From the NCBI RefSeq assembly GCF_009914755.1, contig NC_060938.1: a stretch of DNA of 64,000 bases, one strand, 5' to 3'. Position 1 is the stretch's first letter; each line of letters begins with the position of its first letter. The DNA is from the human T2T-CHM13v2.0 reference genome, Homo sapiens. A model generated the notes under the pieces. The model was not told where the DNA came from. It did no database searches and worked only from the letters and a program-made list of their open reading frames with translations. Made by a program: the position numbers and the translations under genes. Shown piece after piece: positions 52,906 through 64,000 of the stretch.

Positions 52906-54994
52906 AAATCTCTTCATATACTCTTAAAACCTGAAGTTTAAATGGCTCAATATAGCCATGCGTCCAAGTAGAGTTCCATGTGTCCTAGCATAGTTTTATG
53001 TAGTCATGTCCCTGTGCAGATTGAGATACTAATTTCTTGGGATCACATATTCCATCATGGAAATCAATTTTTCTTCCCATTTGTACAGCTACTTTAAAAT
53101 CATGTATTATATTGCCTCTAGCAGTGAGCCATTTGTTCTCAGCTAGCAGTTCTGCACTCTTAGGACTGGATTAACTAATCAGGTCCTATCATATCATAAA
53201 CACAACCAGCCACAACAAAATAGCTCATTATTTTGACTAAAACCAAGTGAATTCAAATATCAAAATTTTCACTGCTGTATAAAAAGATGGTGGCTTATTT
53301 CAAATAAATGCTATTGAACAAGTTCAAACAGTATTTGTAATATCTAAAACATTCCAAATACATTGATTCAGCTATTCTCTGAACTAAACCATCAGAACAA
53401 AGTTTTGTTTACATTGCTGAATTGAGTTTTCAATTAAGATTTTCATAAAGAACAGCTTATCATGATTTAAATATTCTTTCCGCAAGGTATCATAGAGTGA
53501 TACTTTGCAAAGCCAAGTTATTTTACTCATCTCATGGTAATTAATAACAAAGGGGTAGCAGGGCTTCTCTTTTTAAATTCTAGTCAATTCTACCCTTTCC
53601 CAAAGAGTTTTTTCTATCTTGAGAAGATGGTTTTTGAAAAAAAAAATAACTAGAGGAAGGGAAAAGGGGGTGAAAAAGTCTTTCTTATACAATTAAATCT
53701 TTCTTTAGCAGAGACTGGCGTATTCTTAACATATTCATAGAAGTATCCCCTCTAGTTATGTTGCAAAGGCATGCAAAGAATAATTGTGGCTAAGTGCACT
53801 ACATGACAATCAATATTGTATTTTCCAAGCTTGTACTCACTATTCTTTATAGTAGTCATGTATTATGTGAAAGATCAAAAGATTTACATATCATATGGAG
53901 TGCTTTAGGGAATAACTTGCTGAGTACTTTAAATGCACAATGTTCCACAGCCTTTTAGATACGAATTTCACTTCTCTCTTCTTTGTGATAAAGAAATAAC
54001 AAGATAGAGCTAGATGTTTTTTCTTAGTATAATAAAATGTCTATTTTAAAATATAAGATAAAAGTTTGATATTTTTATCTGTAGTTCTAAACACAAGTTT
54101 TTGATCCAAAATAATAAATTGTAGCTTTCCTTTAATATGTGTGTTGAAAAAATATATATATACAACTCGCCTCCAATGGATTCTCAAGAAATCCATGACA
54201 AAAACATGCGGCGACTTTCATTGAAGTTACTAAATGATAGGACTGATTCATCTACCTGAAGACACTGACAGTGTAGCCTTTCTGGAGACTTAGAACAGGA
54301 CTCCATGGCCTTTATTCCACAAAGCTGTAATATAAAATATGGTGGGAGGGGCTTGACTTTGTGTAATTGTGTACACTAACTATTCTGTTATATTACATTT
54401 CAGTCACAGTGTTTTACTGCCACAGACCAAATTCTGATAGAGGGGCATGGATAAGAGATGAGAACTTATCATCATAAAAGCTTTCTTCCTGAGAAGCTCT
54501 TGTCTTCCTACTGTGGAAAAAAAAATGCTGGGGAAAACCGGAGAGTACCTTTATTTGGAGCATTTCACTTTACTTCAGAACAAACTGAATGAAAACTCTT
54601 TTTTAATGAAGCATAACAGTGTAGAGAATTCTGCTTAAATATTTGCTCAGATAATATTTTCTTACTCTGGAGCTATGAATCTGGCAACAGAGACAGATTA
54701 ATAATAGCAATTAGCCCTGTGGTTGTTTGAAGAGAGACTTCGTGTATCCAGATGTAGCAATCAAATCAGCTCTGATAACTTATAGCACAGACACAGACCA
54801 TATACAGATTGCCAGGGAGCTGCCATCCATGAGCCACGTTTAAGGGTATGTATGACACTGGCCCCTTCTATTTCTAAGAGTGTCACTATAGCAAATGCTA
54901 CAGAAATTACAGTCAAAACACACGTGAAACATGCCATCTGATTCAGTTTCAGCCTCAGAAACATTTCAAAACACTTGAAGAATAACTACAGCTT

Positions 54995-55314
54995 GAATTT
55001 GTTTTTTTTTAGATTCAGGGGGTGCATGTGCAGGTTTGTTACATGGATACATTGCATGATGCTGAGGTTCGGGCTTCTATTGATCTCATTACCCAAATAG
55101 TGAACATAGTACCCAAGAGGTAGTTTTTCCCCACTTTGTTTGGAATCCCCGGTGTCTATTGTTCTCATCTTTGTGTCTGTGCATAGCCAGTGTTTAGCTT
55201 CCACTTATAAGTGAGAACATGTGGTATATTTTTTCTGTGTTAGTTCACTTAGGATAATGGCCTCCAGCTGCATCCATGTTGCTGCAAAGGACATGATTTT
55301 GTTCCTTTTAAGGC
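54995..55314 (-). mobile_element. old L1 (L1PB/PA16-like) 3' end
   Basis: poly-T, 3'UTR, ORF2 end; TSD taact(a/g)cagctt at 54983-54994 and 55315-55326. Confidence 0.85.
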
Positions 55315-55503
55315 TAACTGCAGCTTTAAACCCATATTTACAATTAACATCATGATAAGGAACATGTGTGGATAATAATCCTGAACTAAAGAAACCAAAA
55401 GAATAAAATAGTAATCTTTTGGGAGAAGATAAAATATATATAGACAACTAAAACAATAGTTTGGGGAGGCTTTTTTTGTTTTCTTGTTTTTTTGTTTTAT
55501 TTG

Positions 55504-55829
55504 TGTCTTAGTTCATTTTCGTTATCTCATTTTTGTTGTTGTAACAGAATACCTGAGACTGGGTAATTTATAATAAATAGAAATTTACCAGCTCATTGTT
55601 TTGGAAACTGGAAAATCTGAGATCAAGGAGCCAAAATTTGGTGAGGGCCTTCTTGCTGTGTCATCCAGTGGTAGAAGGTGAAAGGGTGGGAGGGAGGGAG
55701 AGAGGGCCAAACTCCTCCCTCAATAATGGCATCAATCCCACCCATAGGGTTGAGCCACCTTCATACTGTTACAATGGCAATTAAATTTTAACATGAGTTT
55801 TGGAGGGGGCAAACATTCAAACCATAGCA
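55504..55829 (-). mobile_element. MST-type MaLR solo LTR
   Basis: tgtcttag...aaaccatagca; TSD atttg/gtttg. Confidence 0.8.
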
Positions 55830-55899
55830 GTTTGTTTACTTATTTTAATGATAAGGAAGAGGAGAGGAAGAGAACAATACCACGAAATGTGATACTGGG

Positions 55900-56420
55900 T
55901 TTCCCCATCAGATTATTGGGACCATTTTACATACAGAGTTGGTGACATGCAACATAAGGGGCACTAGCTTGACTGCTGGTGACCTTGAACACACATACAA
56001 TCTTTGCCAAGGACAATCTGGCAATACATACCAAAAACCTTTAAAGTGGACTTAGAAATTCTGCTACTATAAATTTACACTAACAAAATAAATCGAAAAA
56101 AGCATGGATATTTATAAAAATGTTTATTTTGGCTTTGTCCATACCAGCTGAAAATTAAAACAACTTGCATATTCAATATAGGGGATAAGCTATAAATATA
56201 AATATGATATATTCATAATATCAGGTGAAAAGCATATTGCGGAGCAATATTTTTATTTTCTTTTATTTTCTAAAATATGTGCATTATACATGTCCAGGCA
56301 TAGAAAAAGAATGGAGATTATCTCAGGTAAATGTTTTATAAATAAACTTTTGCCTTCTTTCTTATTCCTTTTATTGACATTTTTATTATAAGCCCAAGTT
56401 TATTTCATTTTAAAAACAAA
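55900..56420 (+). mobile_element. L1ME-like 3' fragment
   Basis: ggacaatctggcaata...aaaattaaaacaacttgcatattcaatatagggg. Confidence 0.5.
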
Positions 56421-56578
56421 AGCTATAAAACTATTTCCATTTTGAACAAAGAAAAAAAGTAATACATTTTATTTTTGAGTGCTTAGTACCCAATTCTATT
56501 TTTACCACATTAATTCATACTTAAGTGATATTATTATATTGAAAAAATAAAATCCAGAAACTTTGTCCAAAGGTAGCC

Positions 56579-56940
56579 ATGTTGGTCAGAGTTCAGTTAC
56601 AGAGAACAGAATCTACTCTGGTTCATTGAGGTAGAAAAGGACTTATTGCACTGTACAGAATGGCCTATAGAATAGAATTGCTAAGAAAACAGATTCTAGA
56701 TGGAATTCCTAGGGACAGAACCAAAGCAGCAGAGCTCTTATTTCTTCTTAACTCAGTTGTATATTAATGTGTTTTGCAAACACATCTGACTGGTGGAACC
56801 AAATTACATTTCAGTCTCTAGCTTACAGAGAGTCTAGGAAATGTATAGTTTTCAGATGTTGAGTTTCTGTGTTGCAGGAAAACATACAAGAAGGAGGTTG
56901 AAGATTGAGTGGCCCAATTCAAAGTATATGCTTCTGCAAG
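56579..56940. mobile_element. old MLT1-like LTR fragment
   Basis: tgttggtcagagttcagttacagagaacaga...catctgactggtggaacc...ctagcttacagagagtctaggaaatgta. Confidence 0.45.
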
Positions 56941-57317
56941 TGAGGAGAATGTTACTTAACGTTTTAAGAGATTCTTATTATTATTTTGCCAACTGACTAT
57001 TGTAAACCCTTTCTGCAGAGTTTCTATTCACATGCCAAGGCTAACAGAGGGAAAGAAACATGGTGGATCACATATGTCTAAAAACCAAACAGGTCAAAAA
57101 GAAGAGTTGATAAATTCACTAATTATCCTTCTCTTTATATTTCAGCTTGTTTACATAAATCTTTAATTTTTAATGAGTTTTTAAAAGTAATTTAAACTCC
57201 TTAATACAATATGCATATTTCATAAAATTTGAACATTCTTTTCAAATTCAAACACAATTTCATTTGTTAATAGCCTTTAATCAAAGTGAGTATGCTTAGC
57301 TAAATAATTATCTTTCT

Positions 57318-57687
<370 letters not shown>

Positions 57688-58169
57688 TGACCTGCAGGGT
57701 AATTTCAGACGACAGCACACATAATCTTTGTGTTTTTCCATATGTTTTTTAACATATGGGTGTGGGTTTCTGTTCTTAATCTTTCACTGGCAGTAATAAT
57801 GACTTACTGTCCGATCCACTTCTCTGCTAGAAGAAATTACTCAGCCTTCAGGAGTCAACCTAAATAGCACTTTCTCAGGAAGGCTTTCCAAATTCCTTGT
57901 CAGAATCTTATTATTTTCACTCTCATTCTTTATACTGTCACCACTAGAAGACTTAACACAGTATATTGTAGTGAGTATAACACCTGACTCCACTCCTGCC
58001 TCTGCACTCTCATATGGAGAGGAAATTGAGAACAGGTCTTGGTCATGTGACCATCCCAGGAGAATGGGGTTGTGGGTATGTTCGTTAGCCGACTGAGAAT
58101 GGAGGAAGAGGAATCCTCCAGAGGAAAATTAGGATGCTCTTATCAGAAGGGAAGGAAAGCCAGTGAATG

Positions 58170-58480
58170 TCTACATTGCACAATAAAGAAAATATCCTAA
58201 CTGGATCTCAAAGGCATTATACTGAATGAAAAAAAAAAAAAAAGCCTGAAAGCTTTCATACTGTGTGATTCCATTTATATAAATTTTTGAAATTTATTCT
58301 CAAAATGACAAAATTATAGAGATGGACAATAGACTAGTGGCTGTCAGAGGTTAGGGATGGAGGTGGAAAAGAAAGGTGGATATGATGAAGAGCCAGCACA
58401 AAGGGGATCTTTGATGATGATGTAGTTCTATATCTATATGGCGGTGGTTTCACAAATCTGTATGTACAGATCAAAGTTCT
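58170..58480 (+). mobile_element. L1MC/MD 3'UTR fragment
   Basis: catactgtgtgattccatttata...tctcaaaatgacaaaattatagagatggac...gtggctgtcagaggttaggg. Confidence 0.7.
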
Positions 58481-58962
58481 GAAGAAAAGAAAATGCAATC
58501 TAAGAAAGTCATCTGTAAGGAGCCAAATGTTGTTCTTGTATGAAAGCTACCAGTAGATATTCTCAAACTACAAAAAAAACCTCAGAAATGCAGCATTCAT
58601 ATACCCTTGTTAGAAAAAAAACTACTTGACAATTAAATCTGTCATATTATGAGATTAATCAAAATGTATAACTTAGACTGGAGAAGCTGTTGTAAAAGGA
58701 CTGAAGTGAGCATAATATTTATTTGCATGTATTAAATGAATTAATATGATGCATTTTCAAAGATCAGAATCTCAATATTATAAACATGGGCTTTGTACCA
58801 ATAATAACAAAAATTGGGAGGTGACAGGAGATGACAGCACATGTAAGAGTGCTAATAGCCTCTTATTTCACAGCAAAAGCTTAATTGATAATATCTGAAA
58901 CTAAAACATACATAGCTCCAATTCAAAGTTTGTTACAACCATTTCTGAAAATATTAAACCTT

Positions 58963-59257
58963 TTTTTTGTTTGTTTTTGGAGACAGAGTCTTGCTCTGTT
59001 GCCTATGCTGGAGCATAGTGGTACAATCTCAGCTCACTGCAACCCTCCCAGGTTCAAGCCATTCTCCTGCCTCAGCCTTCAGAGTAGCTGAGACTACAGG
59101 TGTGCACCACCACGCCAGGCTGATTTTTGTATTTTTAGTGGAGATGAGGTTTCACCATGTTGGCCAGGCTGGTCTTGAACTCCTGACCTCAAGTGATCCA
59201 TCTGCCTCAGCATCCCAAAGTGCTGGGATTACAGGCATGCGCCACTGCACCCAGCTG
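58963..59257 (-). mobile_element. AluS
   Basis: reverse-complement dimer; TSD aaaatattaaa(c/t)ctt. Confidence 0.93.
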
Positions 59258-60233
59258 CAAAATATTAAATCTTAAAGTGAAAAAACAGGTTCAATAATTC
59301 CTAAAGTCTCTTTTTTCTTCCATTAAATAAAGGGAAAATTACATGTAGTTTGTTTTTATTTTATTAAAAATAAATTCTAGATATAGTCCCAGTTATCTGA
59401 AAGCATTTCACTCTCTCTCTCTCTTCCTCTCTCTGTATGTTGTGTGTATAGACAGAAAGATATCTGAAAATATTTATCCAATGTAATCTTGACACTACTA
59501 TTCTTGGGTGATTAAATTTAGGGTGATTTTTATAAATTCAGCATTTTTTTCTTATTTAAAAATATTAATAGCAAGTATGCCACTAAGTCAACAATTGGTA
59601 TTTCTAGGCAGTGAATTTATAATTTTTTCTTTTTGGTACTTTAGTATTTTTTAATTTTCAAAAATAAATTAAATACTATTTTAGTTTTTAAAAAGATGAG
59701 AAGGAAGTGAACAGCAATGAAAGATTTACAATATCTAAAATTTAACATTGAAATTAAGGCTAAGGAACAATGACTGAGAAGGACAAGAAGATGAAGAAGC
59801 TCTGGGACCCATTTTTAGTTTTTTTTCTCTGCACTGCTCCAAATCACTTAACATTTTTCATTTCTCAGTAGTCAGACCTTCATGCTGACAGACTGACCAT
59901 GTAACTATCATCTCAATGATCTGGATTTTCAACAAGCAATGTGGTGCTGGAGAGTTTTTCAACCTTACTGATTTGAGGCGTGTCTGTGAGTGCTTCGGTT
60001 CACACGGTATTGCTCCATGCCCTGGAGAAGGACTGGGCAGATCTCCCATCCAAATGGAAGTCCCTCCAGGATTGGGAGATGAGCAAGAAGATGTGGAAAA
60101 GCTGAAAATATCATGGAGATCTTACTACAGAAAAATGATTTGAGAGTAGGATTCAGAGCAAGAAAATTTACCTCAGACATCACCTAAGGGGAGTAGGCTT
60201 CAAAGCCCCTTGGTGTAAAATGCTCTGATTTCT

Positions 60234-60597
60234 TTTTTTTATTATTATACTTTAAGTTCCAGGGTACAGGTGCACAACGTGCAGGTTTGTTACATATGTA
60301 TACATGTGCCATGTTGGTGTGCTGCACCCGTTAACTCGTCATTTACGTTAGGTGTATCTCCTAATGCTATCCCTCCCCTCTCACCACAACCCACGACAGA
60401 AAATGTGGCACAAAAACACCATGGAATACTATGCAGCCATAAAAAAGGATGAGTTCATGTGCTTTGTAGGGACATGGATGAAGCTGGAAACCATCATTCT
60501 GAGTAAACTATCACAAGGACAGAAAACCAAACACCACATGTTCTCACTTATAGGTGGGAAGTGAACAATGAGAACACTTGGACGCAGGGTGGGGAAC
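60234..60597 (-). mobile_element. 5'-inverted (twin-primed) short L1PA5-like insertion
   Basis: 3' end on minus strand 60234-60399, inverted segment on plus strand 60400-60597; 17-bp TSD aaaat(g/t)ctctgatttct. Confidence 0.92.
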
Positions 60598-60716
60598 AAA
60601 ATTCTCTGATTTCTAAGAAAGTCCATGGCTTGAAACCCAACATCACATTACAATGAGCCTCCTGCTAAATGCTGTTGCTACTAAAACACAACCCACTGTT
60701 GGATTTCTTGCAAGTA

Positions 60717-61251
<535 letters not shown>

Positions 61252-61357
61252 TACTTCCAAAGATCCTACCTTACCATTGGTTTACATTCACTGACAGATT
61301 TGTGAGGGTTCTTCCACCAAATGAAGGTAGAGAGAATCACAGGCACACTTTCCATGA

Positions 61358-61787
<430 letters not shown>

Positions 61788-62100
61788 TATTATTATTATA
61801 TTTTTAAAATTAGAGACAGGGTTGCACTTTATGGCCCAGGCTGGAGTGCAGCAGTGCCATCATAGGTCACTGCAGCCTTGAACTCCTGGGCAAAAGTTCT
61901 CCTCCTGCCTCAGCCTCCTGAGTGGCTGGGACTACAGGCACACACCACCAGGACCAGCTAATTTATTATTATGTTTATTTTGTAGAGAGGAGGTCTTGCT
62001 ATTTCACTCAGGCTGGTCTCAAACTCCTGGCACCAAATGATCCTCCTTCCTTACCCTCCCAACATGCTAGGATTACAGGCCTGAGCCACCACAACCAGCC
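61788..62100 (-). mobile_element. AluJ
   Basis: gcagccttgaactcctggg J diagnostics; TSD cagctaac(a/g)tttat encloses both Alus. Confidence 0.88.
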
Positions 62101-62325
62101 CAGCTAACGTTTATCAAGTATTTATCAAGCACTTCCTGTGCATCTGGAAGTGTACTAAGTATTTAACATTCTTTATCTTACTTAATCCTCATGATCTCTA
62201 TTATCTTCATTTTATAGATGAGGAAATCGAAGAATAAGAAGTTAAGGAACTTGGCCAGGGTTACGTGGTCACATAGCTGGGTAGCAAAGGACTCAAACCC
62301 AGGTCTGACACTCCGGTACATTGTA
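62101..62325 (-). mobile_element. MIR
   Basis: cattttatagatgaggaaa...gttaaggaacttggccaggg...ggactcaaacccaggtctg. Confidence 0.8.
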
Positions 62326-62506
62326 CATCCTTGTTGAAACCTGCTGCTGGAAGAGGGGCTGGGAAGAAGCCACAAGATCTGACAAACTTCAATAAAGGAA
62401 GGCAGGACAACTTCCTTATATATTATAGCCAAAAGTAGTAATACTAAAAGTGAAACATAAATTGAAAATAACAATAAAAATAATGCCTATTATAAAACTA
62501 CATCTA

Positions 62507-62860
<354 letters not shown>

Positions 62861-62947
62861 CTACAATGAAAAGAATTAAAGCACTTTATACAAATGCATA
62901 AAGCTATACCAAACCAACCAATTTCTCCTGTGAGACAAGAAAATTGA

Positions 62948-63055
62948 CTTTCTTTTTTTTTCTTCGAGACAGGGTCTCATTCTGTCACCCAGGCTGGAGT
63001 GCAGTGGCACAATCATGGCTCACTATAGCCTTGAAGTCCTGGGCTCAAGTAATCT
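62948..63055 (-). mobile_element. FLAM/AluJ monomer fragment
   Basis: gagacagggtctc...ggctcactatagccttgaagtcctgggctcaag. Confidence 0.8.
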
Positions 63056-63221
63056 ATTTAACATTTCTAAAGTCATGGATGTTTGGAATCTATTGGGAAA
63101 TATTGCATCTTCATAATGAATGTAATGATTTCTATTCTAGAACAGCAGATAATGGATAATGCAAAAACCACTTGTATTTCCTTTAATGTACATTTTGTTA
63201 TTTTTGTAGCAACAGATTTAC

Positions 63222-63355
63222 CTTCCTATTGACTGTTGCTTATTCAAACTAGTGAATCGGTTTGTTTGCCCTGAGTGCAAACCAATGGAGCAAGTCGGGG
63301 AGTGTTCGAACATTCAGAAGTACGAATGTGCCGGGTGACAATAAACACATACTTC
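63222..63355 (-). other. candidate non-coding exon (134 bp)
   Basis: minus strand: CTAAC branch point, taatctctgcAG| acceptor, AAG|GTAAAT donor; locally CpG-enriched; stops in all frames. Confidence 0.3.
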
Positions 63356-64000
63356 CTGCAGAGATTAGTTAGTGCAGAAGACTGGACTTGGTATTCTTTG
63401 GAGACACTGAAGAAGTCCCAGCCCTTATGGAATTAATGGTCTAGTCATAGAGACAGACTATGCACATATAAAATACCTTACATTTTTGAGGCAACACGTT
63501 AAGAAAAAGAAAAAAAGATAAAATATGAAATATAAGCACAAAAGCTTTAAGTATATGCAAAGAATAGAATGATTAGAACGAAGATATAACTAGTAGGTGA
63601 AGATTTTTGAATCAACTTTATATGACACCTTCCTAAGATGAAAAGCTTATGAAAGATAATTCCTAACACCTAGTCTAAGTTGAATAAAGATTGCCACTTG
63701 ATTTTTTTTGTGTGTTAAATATACCAAGAGACGTACATGGTCCTCCATCAGAGGAGTTACAAAGTGAACTCCGCTTTTTCCTTTAGCAAGCAGAAAAGAC
63801 TTTCAATAGTTCTTGGTTTCTCTTTGTGAAATAAATATTCCAATGCTTTTCTTAGACATTGAAGACTAAAAATGCCATATGTAAATTGCCTTTCATTCTA
63901 CACACATTTGAATTTACTTGAGCAGAGGAGCACGGATATAAAAAATCTTAATTTAATATGCGTTTTAGGATAAATAGCTATTAATTCTATTATATTACAT

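Noticed and set aside
59858-60183. Cluster of short ORFs in unique-looking sequence
   Set aside because: No recognisable domain or convincing splice-site pair

Overview
Primate (human-like) genomic DNA, AT-rich and repeat-dense. I can support no host protein-coding exon, tRNA, rRNA or CRISPR array. Positions 1-31 kb are intergenic/intronic DNA with Alus, MIR/L2/L3 relics, MaLR/ERVL solo LTRs, DNA-transposon MITEs and several repeat-free, enhancer-like blocks. Positions 32-51 kb are an L1 cluster. An older plus-strand L1 (L1PA7-like, 32114-43365) has only 15 nt of its 5' end, joined directly to the ORF1 splice-acceptor position. It is interrupted by a full-length antisense L1PA5/6-like element (32897-39052, 15-bp TSD) and followed by a full-length L1PA3-like element (44627-50634) with an intact ORF1. 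Positions 51-64 kb hold a decayed hAT/Charlie transposase, a twin-primed L1, nested Alus and a MER2. The most notable observations: (1) an ectopic gene-conversion tract between the two inverted L1s; (2) the SpIRE-like 5' junction of the outer L1; (3) an in-frame ORF0::ORF1-C-terminus chimeric ORF across the nesting junction, ending in an ATGA overlap with ORF2; (4) a stop-loss ORF0 that reads into flanking DNA; (5) a TSD-less Alu at a deletion in the hAT fossil. None is shown to be functional. Subfamily names come from remembered diagnostics and need RepeatMasker/Dfam confirmation.
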